Source: Vulcanimicrobiota bacterium (GTDB lineage Bacteria; Vulcanimicrobiota; Vulcanimicrobiia; Eremiobacterales; Eremiobacteraceae). From it: a stretch of 64,000 bases of DNA. Below, one piece after another: positions 39,781 to 51,396 of the stretch. The number at the start of each line of letters is the position of its first letter. The first letter of the stretch is position 1. A model generated the notes under the pieces. That model saw nothing but the letters and a program-made list of their open reading frames with translations, did no database searches and had not been told where the DNA came from. The translations under genes and the position numbers were made by a program. The stretch spans positions 576,001 to 640,000 of the forward strand of contig CAWDVP010000002.1 in the NCBI GenBank assembly GCA_963805945.1, written 5' to 3'.

Positions 39781-40554
39781 TCACCGCCTCGCAACTAGAA
39801 GAACTTCTCGGACTCGTGGTGGCCTCTTGGCCTTTTCGAGTCCCTCAAGCGCCTCCGTGATGAGCTCCTCAGCCGGCGGTCCGATCTCGCGGCGCAGCTC
39901 GTCGGCGCGCTCCAACCATGCGCGATAGACACCAAGAGAGCTGGCTTCAAAGTCTGCGACCTCCTCGCGAACCTCGACAGTGAATCCGGCCGCTTCAAAT
40001 ATCGGCCTGTAGTCGCGCACGAGCGTGGGAAGAAACGGGTCCACAAGGGTTTCGGCCGCCCGAACGACAGCCGTGCCGTTAGGCTTGAGAATGCGGGCGA
40101 TCTCATGGACCGCACATGGATGAATGAACATCAGCGCATCGATACTCATGACGCCGTTCACAGATGCGCTTTCGAGCCCGGTGGCCACAGCCTGCGCGAC
40201 CACAAATCGCGCTCGCGTCGTCAATCCCCGCTGCTGGGCAAGCGTTTGTGCGGCCTTCACGGCCGCGGCGGAAAAATCCACTCCCACGAGCGCCGCGCCG
40301 GTATGCTCGGTAACCCAAATGCCAGGACCGCCAAGCCCACAGGCTAGGTCCACGAACGTGTCGCCCGGTCCCACCTTCAAAAGACTGGCGATCCGAGTAA
40401 GGTCCTTGAACGTGACGGTACTATATGGTGCGAGCCAGTCAGGCAGCTCAGGATCAGCAGCGTGCATCGCCTCGCGATAGACTTGGCTTGTGGCCAATGC
40501 CGCAAATATGCGATCAAAATGGTCGGCCGGATACGCTTGCTTGGGCTCCTTCAT
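39781..40554 (-). CDS. class I SAM-dependent methyltransferase
   Basis: VDLACGLGG, GVDFS, EIARILKPNG. Confidence 0.85.
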   Translation of the reverse strand: MKEPKQAYPADHFDRIFAALATSQVYREAMHAADPELPDWLAPYSTVTFKDLTRIASLLKVGPGDTFVDLACGLGGPGIWVTEHTGAALVGVDFSAAAVKAAQTLAQQRGLTTRARFVVAQAVATGLESASVNGVMSIDALMFIHPCAVHEIARILKPNGTAVVRAAETLVDPFLPTLVRDYRPIFEAAGFTVEVREEVADFEASSLGVYRAWLERADELRREIGPPAEELITEALEGLEKAKRPPRVREVLLVARR

Positions 40555-41063
40555 ATAATGTCTGGCTTGACATAGGCGACGGCGCGGTCCACGCATTCGG
40601 CGACAGAACGGGTGCCGTTAAGGACGAGGCGCGGATCATGCCACGGCTCATAGCCGCGTGCGAGGACCTCGGCCCACGTCGGCTGATGCAGTTCGGGCAG
40701 ATCCCATTCTCGCCGTTCCACGCGCCGGCGACGCTCGATTTGGTCATCGCACGTGAGCTCAATGACCCTCAGCTTCACGCCACAACGCTGCGCAAGAGCA
40801 CGCCATTGAGCGCGCGGCGCTTCGCTGTCATTAACAGCGTCGATGATGACCGTGGCGCCAGCGCGCAAGCTTGACTCCGCGACTGCCTCGGCGATAATGT
40901 AGTCTGTCTGTCCGACCGGATCGGGTACCGCGCCGGCGCGACGCAAGGCTGCCCCGATCGCGTCAATCCGTAGGTGCGCGCAGCGCAACTCTTTGGCGAG
41001 TGCGGCGGCCAACGTTGTTTTCCCAGTTCCGGGAAGCCCTGCTACCACGATGAGCACAATCAC
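40551..41063 (-). CDS. AAA_33-type P-loop kinase
   Basis: GLPGTGKTT, LRID, VIIDAVN. Confidence 0.82.
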   Translation of the reverse strand: MIVLIVVAGLPGTGKTTLAAALAKELRCAHLRIDAIGAALRRAGAVPDPVGQTDYIIAEAVAESSLRAGATVIIDAVNDSEAPRAQWRALAQRCGVKLRVIELTCDDQIERRRRVERREWDLPELHQPTWAEVLARGYEPWHDPRLVLNGTRSVAECVDRAVAYVKPDII

Positions 41064-41160
41064 CAACTTGGCGGCACACGGGCTGTTCTCATACGCTCGC
41101 CCGGACAAGGGGATGCTATGCGGTCGTTGGCGTGAGGCGGTACGCGAGTTAGCATGACGG

Positions 41161-41235
41161 TGGGCCGAGCGCGCTAGCGCGGGTCGCCTTTTGACGGTAG
41201 GACGACGCCGGGTTCGATTTCCCGGAGGTCCACCA
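41161..41235 (+). ncRNA. degenerate tRNA-like element (pseudo-tRNA-Gln(TTG)-like or tmRNA/tRNA 3' remnant)
   Basis: TGGGCC..GGTCCA acceptor pairing, TTTTGAC loop, CCGGG-TTCGATT(T)-CCCGG T-arm, terminal CCA. D-arm is non-canonical. Confidence 0.5.
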
Positions 41236-41248
41236 ACTTTGGAGGGGA

Positions 41249-41503
41249 GTGATGATCGATGCGGCGACGATCCGGGGATTCGTGGAGGCGACGGCGCGGC
41301 GTAATCGTGCCGCGGGGCGCCGGTTAAGCCCTACGGCGCTGGTGGCAGCGCTCGAAGGGTTTGTCAAAGCGCGCGCGATCGCGTACGGTGGGCGAGCGTC
41401 TTTGCCACGTGGCGCACGGACCGCAGCGGTCAAGCAATACCGCGCCTTGATGGGCGGCGCACGTGCGCTGGCTAAAGGGAACGGCGTAACATACGTTTCT
41501 TAG
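41249..41503 (+). CDS. hypothetical basic protein
   Basis: GGAGG RBS just after the tRNA-like element; no recognisable motif. Confidence 0.4.
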   Translation: MMIDAATIRGFVEATARRNRAAGRRLSPTALVAALEGFVKARAIAYGGRASLPRGARTAAVKQYRALMGGARALAKGNGVTYVS

Positions 41504-41623
41504 TCACGCTTGCGTGTGTGGGCACGTTTGCGCTGTGCAGCGTGCTCCCGTTGTCGTCGCGAACAGCCTGAAACCGATCGAGTCCGCGGGGACGCACTCA
41601 CGTAACGCCGCAGCAAGCGCGGT

Positions 41624-42448
41624 TTGAGCAGAAAGACTGCCGCCACTTCCTTTAATCGAGAAGCTAGGACTAGGCGCGACGCGAACGAAGCTCCTCCCAT
41701 TCTAAACAGCACGCCCGCCCTGCAAAACATCGCGACCGATATCTGGCTGGTCGACGGTCCAAGCGTCCGCGCGGCCTTCGTGTCGTTCCCAACCCGGATG
41801 ATCGTCATCAGGCTCAGCGAGGGATCGTTATGGATCAACTCACCAGTTGCTGTGCCACGCGAAACGCTCGACCAGATCGTGGCGCTCGGCCCAGTTCGGT
41901 ATCTCGTGGCGCCCACAGCGCTTCACGCGTGGAGACTGAAGCGATGGCACGCGCTTTTTCCCGAAGCGCAGATTTGGGTCGCCCCGAAGATCGCGCGCGG
42001 GTTTGCACGTAGTACCTTTGCCGCCCTAGCTGGGATCGCCCGATCGCCCGACCCACAACTGACGAGTTGGAACATTTTAGAAGATGCCCCGCCGGCTGCA
42101 TGGGCACAAGACCTCGACCAACTCGTGTTCGGTGGCAACTACTTCGTCGAAGAGGTAGAGTTCTTGCACAGGAAGTCGCGCACGCTCATGGTGGCTGATT
42201 TCATCCAAAACTACAGGGCTGAGAACGGAGACTTCCTCGGCAACATGGCGAGACGTGCGGCAGGCGTGTTGAACGGCGGCGTGCCACGTGACATTCGGTG
42301 GTCATTCACCAACAGGCAGCGTGCGCGAGCAAGCCTCAAGAGGTTGCTGTCATGGGATTTCGATAAATTGATTGTTGCCCATAGCTTCTGCGTAGAGCAC
42401 GATGCCCAGGCATTTGTGGAACGCGCCTTTCGCTGGTTGAGCGGTTGA
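41624..42448 (+). CDS. DUF4336-type metallo-beta-lactamase-like protein
   Basis: FPTRMIVIRL..LWINSP, LGPVRYLVAP..H, EVEFLH..SRTLMVAD, WDFDKLIVAH. Start uncertain. Confidence 0.75.
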   Translation: MSRKTAATSFNREARTRRDANEAPPILNSTPALQNIATDIWLVDGPSVRAAFVSFPTRMIVIRLSEGSLWINSPVAVPRETLDQIVALGPVRYLVAPTALHAWRLKRWHALFPEAQIWVAPKIARGFARSTFAALAGIARSPDPQLTSWNILEDAPPAAWAQDLDQLVFGGNYFVEEVEFLHRKSRTLMVADFIQNYRAENGDFLGNMARRAAGVLNGGVPRDIRWSFTNRQRARASLKRLLSWDFDKLIVAHSFCVEHDAQAFVERAFRWLSG

Positions 42449-42530
42449 CGAACGCGCTGCGGGAAGCGGCGATAAGCTTTGCGCCAGCGCAGAAGTCTGG
42501 ATGGTGAAAAGTTAACGGAGGAGAGCCGCG

Positions 42531-42788
42531 ATGAAACTTGACATCAGAAGGTTTTCTCGTGCTGCTGCGATCCTGTGGGGCGCAGGCGTCTTTAGCCTCG
42601 GGATACTCGGCCACTATGGTTGGGGCGCGAAGATCGTGGACGTATTGGGCAGCGGATATATCGGCTACTCAACGTCCCTTACGGGAGCGCTCATCGGAGG
42701 CGTTTGGGGCTTTTTCGACGGGTTGGTCGGCGGCGCGCTCTTCGCTTGGCTCTACAATCGGTTGCCTGGAGAGCAAGCCTCCTCGTAG
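42531..42788 (+). CDS. small 2-TM membrane protein
   Basis: GGAGGAG RBS; YIGY..GALIGGVWGFFDG..FAWLYNRL. Confidence 0.7.
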   Translation: MKLDIRRFSRAAAILWGAGVFSLGILGHYGWGAKIVDVLGSGYIGYSTSLTGALIGGVWGFFDGLVGGALFAWLYNRLPGEQASS

Positions 42789-42893
42789 TCCTTAGCGACG
42801 ACGCATTGCGTGAGCGAAGGACAGTTGCAATGCCGATCCAATGAGATAAAGGGCAGTGGCGAGGAACCTCAGTGCGTGCGCCTCACTGACCGC

Positions 42894-44072
42894 TTACTCT
42901 GCCTGTGGCAAGAAGCTCTTGACTGCGAATTGCTGGCGAAGCAGCGGAGTGAACGGCTTGCTGAACAAGACTCTCAGGACGATCGCCTGAAGTGCGACCG
43001 CTAGCCGGCTGCCAGGTACGACGGACTTAACGAATCCCTTGGCGCTCTTTTGTTGCGCCTCGACATGTGGACGCATCAAAGCCTCGTAGCGCTCGAACGC
43101 TTTTTGATAGTCTGGCGTGTCGCGCAGCGCGCTCGCCAAAAGGTAGGCGCCGCCCATCGCAAGCGACGCGCCTTGACCGGATACCAGGGTCGGGCAGTCG
43201 CATGCATCCCCCACGAACACGATACGGTCCTTATGCCAGCACGGCATTCGGATCTGAGCTATCGCGTCCATGAAGATGTCAGCCGAAGGATCGGCACCTG
43301 CTAGCATGTCCTTCGCGATCCACTCGGCATCGCTGAAGACGCGCCGCAGCGTCTCAAGTCTTCGCTCGCGCGGCACATACGTGGTCTCGTCGGTTCGCCA
43401 CAGGAAGAACGCGAATATCGACCCCGGCTCATCGGCCGCATACGCGCCCACGACGCGGCCTGGCTCGTTATGCATGGTCCAGGTGCGTCCGATGCCGAAG
43501 CGATCGGGGAGTCGATAGCTGGCGATAGCGTACCCCAAGTGCCGTTGAAAGGCAGACTCCCGTCCCATCACAAGAGCTCGCGTCGCGGAATGGACGCCGT
43601 CCGCGCCCACGAGCAAATCGTACTTCTCGGACGCGCCGTTGTCGAAAGTCGCGATGACGCCATCGCGGTCATCCTTGATGTCGCGTATCACTCGCCCGAA
43701 GCGGATCGAGACGCGATCCTTGACGCAGTCGTACAGCGCGCGCTCCAAAGTCTGATGCATGAGCGGCACGTACTTGCCGTCAAGCAACGTCCGGATGCGC
43801 TCCACGTCGAGCGCGGCGAGCTCCCTGCCTCGCGGGTCGACGTAGACGATGCGATCAACAGGCACGCGGCGAGAAGTCAGCTCTTGGTCGATACCCATGC
43901 GCGCAGCGACATCGAAACCAGTGCCGAAGAAGTCAATCGCGTAGCCGTCGCGCCGCAGCTTCGGAGCTCGTTCCACCACGACAGGCGAATCGCCGTGCTC
44001 CGCCAGCCAAAACGCCAACGTCAGTCCCGCAATACCACCGCCGGAGATAAGCGCCCGTCGGCCCTTCACCAT
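42894..44072 (-). CDS. FAD-dependent monooxygenase
   Basis: ISGGGIAG, LVGADGVHS, VGDA..GQGASLA. Confidence 0.88.
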   Translation of the reverse strand: MVKGRRALISGGGIAGLTLAFWLAEHGDSPVVVERAPKLRRDGYAIDFFGTGFDVAARMGIDQELTSRRVPVDRIVYVDPRGRELAALDVERIRTLLDGKYVPLMHQTLERALYDCVKDRVSIRFGRVIRDIKDDRDGVIATFDNGASEKYDLLVGADGVHSATRALVMGRESAFQRHLGYAIASYRLPDRFGIGRTWTMHNEPGRVVGAYAADEPGSIFAFFLWRTDETTYVPRERRLETLRRVFSDAEWIAKDMLAGADPSADIFMDAIAQIRMPCWHKDRIVFVGDACDCPTLVSGQGASLAMGGAYLLASALRDTPDYQKAFERYEALMRPHVEAQQKSAKGFVKSVVPGSRLAVALQAIVLRVLFSKPFTPLLRQQFAVKSFLPQAE

Positions 44073-44263
44073 ATCGACGACTCCCGAACGCAAGGCTTGG
44101 AGATCCTAGGTCTTCGCTCTTCTATCGGCTCTTGAACGCAGTGCTCAGTAATTCTTGGTCGGAGCACGCATTGCCCGTACGATAAGCTGACGGGGGTGCA
44201 GGCAGTGAGCTTTGCACGGGTTATCCGCTGCCCTCACGTAACGCACGTGGGCGTGTATATGCT

Positions 44264-44461
44264 ATGCGCACCGACGGCCACGCGGGCCTTATCGCCGCGG
44301 CGGGCGGTAACGCCGACGATGCGGCGCGAAACGACTACCTATACTTAAGCGCGATCCTGTCGCGCGTACTCGAGAGCACCGACGACGAGCTGGTGCTGGT
44401 GGAGAGCATGGAGTGCGACTTCGTCGACGTGCTGGAGCTTGACCGACAGGACGCAGCTTGA
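44264..44461 (+). CDS. short hypothetical acidic protein
   Basis: Open frame only. Confidence 0.3.
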   Translation: MRTDGHAGLIAAAGGNADDAARNDYLYLSAILSRVLESTDDELVLVESMECDFVDVLELDRQDAA

Positions 44462-44730
44462 GGAGAGTGAGCTAGGCAGCCGGGGTGGGTGCGCGGCGCG
44501 TTTACGGCGGGCCGCCTAAGATGATTCCTTTAGCCTCGCTCGCACGCTTTGGCGTGTACGTGCTATGCGGCGTGATCGCGGTCGTGTTGGTAACGGCGCT
44601 TGGAAGCACGCCATGGATGTCCTGTCCACTTCGACAAAGGTCGGCGTACCGCGAACCAAGGGCCGAACAATAGTTCGGCCCAAAAACCAGTGACGCATGT
44701 ATTCCCCGGCGCCGAGGCGAAAAAAGACCC

Positions 44731-45864
44731 GTGACCACATCCCAAGGCGAAGCGCGGACGGCATTGTTCGCGACGCATGAACGGCTTGGCGCCAAGATGT
44801 CCCCCTTTGGGGGATTTCTTATGCCCATCGCAATACGCCGAGCATCCTCGACGAGCACCAAGCCGTCAGGACCGCCGCCGGCATCTTCGACCTTTCGCAC
44901 ATGGGGCAGTTCGTCGCGACCGGCGAGGGCGTGCCGCCTGGCTTGACGGCCTCACGGTCAACGAGGTCGGCACGATGCTGCCGAACCAGGCGCGCTACAA
45001 CATCTTCACCAACGAGCGCGGCGGCGCGATGGACGACGCGATCATCTACCGCTTGAGCGGGCGCTGGCTCATCGTCGTCAACGCCGGCAACAGCGCGAAG
45101 ATGTGGGAGTGGCTGTCGGCGCGCGTGCCGGCCGGCGTGTCGCTCGTCAACCGCACGGCGCAAAGCGCGCTCATCGCGATCCAAGGGCCGCGCTCGCTCG
45201 AACTGCTGCAGCCGCTCACCGACGCGGACCTCACGAACCTGAAGTACTATCACGCCGTCGGAAGGTTCGGTCAGCGGCATGCCCGCCGAGATCGCGCGCA
45301 CCGGCTATACCGGCGAAGACGGCTTCGAGCTGTTCGTCAAAGCGACCGCGGCCGAGTGGCTGTGGAACACGCTGCTGCGCGAAGGCGAGCACGCGTCGGC
45401 CTGCAGCCGGCCGGCCTCGGCGCGCGCGACGTGCTGCGGCTGGAGGCCGGCATGCCGCTGTACGGCCACGAGCTCGAAGAAGATATCACGCCGCTGCAGG
45501 CCGGGCTCGACTATGTCGGTCAAGCTCGGCAAGCCAGACTTCATCGGCAAGGCCGGCGCTCGAGGCAGCAAAAGGCGCGACGGCAAGTACGATCGCATCG
45601 TCGGACTGATCATGGAAGGCAAGGCCCCGGCGCGCGCCGGCTATCCGGTGTTCCTCGTCGACGAGCGCGTCGGCGAAGTGCGCAGCGGCTCGCCCGCGCC
45701 GGCGCTCGGCAACAAGAACATCGCGACTGCGCTCGTACGCCCAAGGCGCCGCCATCGCCGGGCGCGCAGCTCGAGGTCGAGATCCGCGGCAGCGGCATCC
45801 GGCGACGGTCGTCGCGCTGCCGTTCTACAAGCGCCGCAAACGCGCGTTACCGAAAAAAGGATAG
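44731..45864 (+). CDS. gcvT: glycine cleavage aminomethyltransferase T, multiple frameshifts
   Basis: [50 protein letters not shown] in successive frames. Confidence 0.88.
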
Positions 45865-45870
45865 ATCGAC

Positions 45871-46266
45871 GTGGCCTTGCCGCAACGATCTCAAGTACAC
45901 CAAAGAGCACGAGTGGGTGAAGATCGACGGCGCGAACGCCGACCGTCGGCATCACCGACTACGCGCAATCGTCGCTCGGCGACATCGTCTACGTCGAGAT
46001 GCCCAAGCCGGGCGCGCAGGTGGAGCAGTTCAAGCCGATCGGCGTCGTCGAGTCGGTCAAGGCCGTCTCCGACATCTACGCGCCGTTGTCCGGCACGGTC
46101 GTCGAGATCAACGGCGAGCGTGGAAGAAGATCCGGCCAAGGTGAACAACGATCCGTTCGGCGAGGGCTGGCTCGTGAAGATCAAGCCTCGCCGACGCGGC
46201 CGACAAGACCGGCCAGCTCTGGATGCCGCCGCGTACGAGGCCGTGGTGGACGAGGCCGCGCACTGA
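45871..46266 (+). CDS. gcvH: glycine cleavage H protein, frameshifted
   Basis: [24 protein letters not shown] (lipoyl Lys), [10 protein letters not shown]. Confidence 0.9.
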   Translation: MALPQRSQVHQRARVGEDRRRERRPSASPTTRNRRSATSSTSRCPSRARRWSSSSRSASSSRSRPSPTSTRRCPARSSRSTASVEEDPAKVNNDPFGEGWLVKIKPRRRGRQDRPALDAAAYEAVVDEAAH

Positions 46267-46270
46267 TCGC

Positions 46271-47634
46271 ATGTACACGCCCCACACACCCGACGAGATT
46301 CAGGCGATGCTCGCCGCAGATCGGCGCGCCGTCCCTCGAGGCGCTGTCTCGGACCCGCCCAAGGGTCTGAGATCAAGGGCGCGCTCGACGTCGCGCCCGC
46401 GCTGCCCGAATCCGAGGCGTACGCGCACATCAGCGCGATGGCCGACAAAACGATGCCGCGTCGATGCTGTCGTTCTTGGGCGCCGGTGCCTATCGCCACT
46501 ACCAGCCGCCAGCCGTGCCGTGCTTCGCGTTCGCGCTCGGAGTTCCTCACCGCGTATACGCCGTATCAAGCAGAGGCGAGCCAGGGCAGCCTGCAAGCGA
46601 TCTTCGAGTGGCAGACCTACATCTGTCTGCTCACCGGCATGGACGTGAGCAACGCGTCGCTGTACGACGGCGCGACCGCGCTCGTCGAAGGCGTCATCAT
46701 GGCGGCGCAGGCGACCGGCCGGACGCGGGTCGGCGATCAGCCTAGCCGTGCACCCGCTCTATCGCGCCGGTGCTCGCCACGTACGCGCGGGCATGGGCAT
46801 CGAGATCGTCGGAGCTGCCGGTCGCGCCGACGGCGGCACCGACCTCGCCCGCGCAGCGCGAGAGCGTCAAGAAGGCGTCGTGCGTGATCGTGCAGAGCCC
46901 CAACTTCTTCGGCGCATCGACGACGTCGGCGCGGCCTGCAGAGCTCGCGCACGCGAACGGCGCGCTGCGCATCACGTCTCGACCGAAGCGCTCTCGCTGG
47001 CCGTGCTGAAGACGCCGCGCGAGCTGGGGCCGACATCGCCGTGGGCGAAGCGCAGTCGTTCGGCCTGCCGGTCGGCTACGGCGGTCCATACGTGGGCTTC
47101 ATCGCGACCACGAAGGAGCACGTGCGGCGCTTGCCCGGCCGGCTCGTCGGCGAGACGCCGACGTCGACGGGCGGCGAGCGTTCGTGCTCACCCTGCAGGG
47201 CCGCGAGCAGCACATCCGCCGCGAGCTGGCGAGCTCGAACATCTGCACGAACCAAGCGCTGTGCGCGCTCATCGCGACCGTCTACCTCGCGACGGTCGGC
47301 GCCAACGGGCTGCGCTCCATCGCGACCGCCAATCTGAGCACGGGCACGCGAGCTGTGCCGATGCGCTCACCTCGCTGACCGGGTTCTCGCGGGCCGTATG
47401 CGACGGCGTTCTTCAACGAGTTCGCCTGCGCACGCCGCATGCCGGCCGACGGAGCTGGCGCAAGCGGCTGAAGCGTCGCGGCATCCTCGCCGGTCTGCCG
47501 CTGTCGCGCTTCTATCCGCGACACTGACCCACCAACTGCTGGTCTGCGCGACCGAGCTCACGACGCCGGACGAGATCCGCACGTTGACGCGCGCGCTCGC
47601 AGAGGAGACCGCCCGTGCCGTCGCTGCTGTTTGA
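46271..47634 (+). CDS. gcvPA: glycine dehydrogenase subunit 1, frameshifted
   Basis: [45 protein letters not shown]. Confidence 0.88.
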
Positions 47635-49085
47635 GCGCGGCGCCCCGGCCGCGGCGACGACGTTCGTGCGCCGACGCGGCGCCGCCGGCCGCTAGTTCCT
47701 CGACGCGTCGCTGCTGCGCAGCGAGCTGCCGATGCCCGATCTCGCCGAGCTCGAGGTCGCCCGCCACTTCACAGAGCTCTCCGGCCGCAATTTCTCGGTC
47801 GACCGCAACTTCTATCCGCTGGGCTCGTGCACGATGAAGTACAATCCCAAGCTCAACGAGGCGGTCGTCGGCGTTCGCGGGCTTCACCGACCTGCATCCG
47901 TTCGCGCCCGACGCCGGCGCGCAAGGCGCGCTGCACCTGCTCTGGGACATGGAGCGCACGCTCGCGGCGCTGTTCGGCATGACGGAGTTCTCGCTCATGC
48001 CCGCGGCAGGCGCGCACGGCGAGATCACGGCCATGCTCATGGCGAAGAAGTATTTCACCGAGATCGCGGCAAGCGCGAGCGCAACGTCTGCCTCGTGCCC
48101 GACACCGCGCACGGCACGAATCCGGCGAGCGCGGCGATGGTCGGCTACCGCGTCATGTCGATCCCATCGACGAGCCGCGGCCGCACCGACTCGCCGCGCT
48201 GCGCGCCAAGCTCGACGGCTCGATCGCCGTGTGCATGATGACCAACCCCAACACGCTCGGGCTGTTCGAAGACGACATCATCGAGATCGACGCAGGCGGT
48301 GCACGCCGCCGGCGGGCTCATGTACTACGATGGTGCGAATGCCAACGCCATCGTCGGCCTGTGCCGGCCGGGCGACATGGGCTTCGACCTCATGCACCTC
48401 AACCTGCACAAGACGTTCTCCGTGCCGCACGGTGGCGGCGGTCCGGGCTCGGGTCCGGTCGGCGCGCAACGCGAAGCTCGCCAAGTATCTGCCGCGACCG
48501 CTTGTCGTCCGTGACGCCGACGGGAGCTTCGCGCTCGATTGGAACGGCGATATGCCGCGAGCATCGGCCCCGTGCGCGTGTTTCTGGTCGCACTTCCTCG
48601 CCGTGGTCCGCGCCTATGCCTACATCATCGTGCACGGCGAAGAAGGGTCTGCGCCGCAACAGCCAGCTCGCCGTGCTCAACGCGAACTACGTGCGCGCGA
48701 AAGTCAAGGATGTCCTCACCGTGCCGTACGACGACTTCTGCCGTCACGAGTTCGTGTGCTCGGCCGAGGACGCTCAAGAAAGAGACCGGCGTGCGGGCGC
48801 TCGATCTGGCCAAGGGCTTGCTCGACGCCGGCGTGCACGCGCCGACCATGTACTGGCCCCACGTCGTGCCCGAGTGCCTCATGATCGAGCCCACCGAGAC
48901 GGAGACGAAGGAGACGCTCGACGCGTTCGTGGCGACGCTGCGCACGAACTCGTCGCGCTCAGCGCACGCCGATCCGGCGTCAAGGTGCAGCAGATGCCGC
49001 TGCACACGCCGGTGCGCCGCGTCGACGAAGCGCAGGTGGGCCGTCAAGCGAACAAAGGCATCGGCCTGCGCTGGAAGCCGCATAG
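47615..49085 (+). CDS. gcvPB: glycine dehydrogenase subunit 2, frameshifted; end approximate
   Basis: [53 protein letters not shown]. Confidence 0.88.
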
Positions 49086-49551
49086 TGAAGGATGCGCGCC
49101 GCCGGCGAGCAGGTCAAGCACGAGCGATCCGCCGGCGGTTTCGTGCTAGCGCGCGGGCGACTGCGTACTCGGCGCTCGTGATCGGACGCAGCACGCCGCG
49201 CATCTGGTCGCTGCCCAAAGGGCACATCGAACCCAATGAGACGATCGAGGACGACCGCGCGTGCGCGAAGTGCTACGAAGAGACGGGCGCGCACGCAACG
49301 ATCATCGAGAAGCTCGCCGACATCAGTACTGGTTCTACAGCAGCCGGCTCAAGCACAGCAAGATCGTCCACTTCTACCTCATGCGCTACCTCAAGGGCGC
49401 GCTGGTGCCGCAAGAGGGCGAGGTCGAAGAGGTCGCATGGGTGCCGCTGGCCGAGATGGCCAAGCGCTGACGCATCTGAACGAGCGGCGGCTGGTCATGC
49501 TGATCGAGAAGATCGTGCAAGAGAAGTCCGCGGCCGACCTCGGGCTTTTGA
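49085..49551 (+). CDS. NUDIX hydrolase, frameshifted; ends approximate
   Basis: [19 protein letters not shown] Nudix box split across frames. Confidence 0.7.
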
Positions 49552-50578
49552 GAGATTCGCCGCATCGCCGGAGCGCTCGCCGCGCTCGCGCTCGCCTCGC
49601 GGCTGCGCGGGGCACGAGCAAAGCCCGGCGCCGACGCCCGCACCGACGCCCTCGCCCACGCCTGCGGTCGCCAATCCGCTCAACGGCGCGATGACGCCGC
49701 CGCGCAGCATCCGTCATCGCATCGCCGCGATCATGATCGACAACTATCCCGACGCGCGGCCGCAGAGCGGCTTGCACGACGCCGACGTCGTCTACGAAGT
49801 CGAAGCCGAGGGCGGCATCACGCGATACATGGCGCTGTTCCTGAGCACGCCGGCCGCGGAGGTCGGCCCGGTGCGCAGCGCGCGCACGTATTTCGTCGAT
49901 CTCGCGCGTCCCTACGATCCGTTCTTCGCCCATGCCGGCCAGAACGACGACGTCATCGACGTGCTGCGCGACCTGCGCTCGGGCGGTTTCCCGGATATGG
50001 ACGAGATCCAGCAGACGCCCGACGCGTTTTGGCGCGACAACTCGCGCGACATGCCGCACAACCTCTACACCAGCGTGCCGCGCATCCGCAGCGTAGGCCC
50101 CAAGAGCGGCTATCCGGACCACGTCTACGACGGCAAGCAGTTCGCGTTCAACGCACCCGGCCCCGCGCCGTCGCCCACGGCGGTGCCCGAGACGGTCGCC
50201 TCCTTCTGGCTGGACTATGACGTCCATTTCGTCTGGGATGGCCGCGCCTACGAACGCTTCATCGACGGGCAGGCGCAGCACGATCGCGACGACGACCGGC
50301 CGTACGAGGTCGCGGACATCATCGTCACGTGGATACCGGCGACCGTCAAGGACAAACTAGGCGATCTCGACATGACCGTCTACGGCACGTTTCCCGCGCT
50401 GCTCATCGTCGACGGTCGCGTCACGAAGGCGCAATGGATCGCCGCGGGGCCGACGACGTTGCCGACCATCGTCGGCGACGACGGTTCGACGCTCACCTTG
50501 CGCCCGGGGCAGATCTACGTCGAGGTCCTGCCGCAGGGCAGCACCGTGAAAACCGGGAAACTAGTCGTCTCGCATTAG
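49548..50578 (+). CDS. DUF3048-type lipoprotein; 5' end frameshifted
   Basis: PT repeats, [38 protein letters not shown]. Confidence 0.8.
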
Positions 50579-50663
50579 ATCCGCCGAGAGGAGACCGATC
50601 CCAATAGCCGCTGGCGCCCCGACCGCAGCCGCACCGGCCGCCGCGATCGCCGACCGCAAGAGA

Positions 50664-51396
50664 TTGCTGGTCAAACTCGACGTCTTCGACGGTCCCCTCG
50701 ACCTGCTGCTCCACCTGGTCCTCGAAGCCGACCTCGACATCACGAGCGTCAGCCTTGCCGACGTCTGCGAACAGTACATGGCCTACCTGTCGCTCATGGA
50801 AGGCCTCGATATCGACGTCGCGAGCGAGTATCTCGTCATGGCCGCGACGCTGCTCTTCATCAAGTCGAAGAAGCTGCTGCCGCCGCCCCCGCCGCCGTTC
50901 TCCGACGACATGGAAGACGAAGCGGCGATCGCCGAAGAGACGTTGCGGCAGCGGCTCATCGCGTATCAACATTTCAAACGCCTGGGCGCCGCGTTCCGCG
51001 AGCGCATGGAAGAGAACGCCGCATACTATCCGAGCGGCGCGTTCGCGGAGAGCGGGCTGGTCCAGCATTTCCAGATCGAGGGCGGGTCGCTCGCCATCGC
51101 GTTCGCGCGCGCGCTCGCCAACGCTGAGGCGCGTCCGCAGGTGGTGAAGCGCGAGACGTTCTCGATGGTCGTCAAGATGAACTACGTGCTGCACCAAGTA
51201 GCGCGAATGCGCGACGCTCGCGTTCTCCGAGCTCATCGCGGGCTGCCGCAGGCTCGAGGTCGTCGTCACCTTTCTCGCGCTGCTCGAGCTGGTGAAGGCG
51301 CGCAAGGTGCACGCCGTGCAGCCCAAGCTCTTCGCCGACATCGTCATCACGCCGGCGCCCAAACAGGTCACGGAGCGGCTTGGCAAGTCTGCGTAA
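50664..51396 (+). CDS. scpA: segregation and condensation protein A, frameshift near 51210
   Basis: FDGPLDLLLHL, ASEYLVMAATLL.IKS; VVTFLALLELVK in another frame. Confidence 0.9.

Noticed and set aside
42531..42788. Holin-like protein indicating a prophage
   Set aside because: No endolysin, integrase or structural phage genes nearby.
44455..44730. Glycine riboswitch upstream of gcvT
   Set aside because: Only isolated GGAGAG and CGCCGA words; no CCGAAG..CTCTCAGG aptamer architecture.
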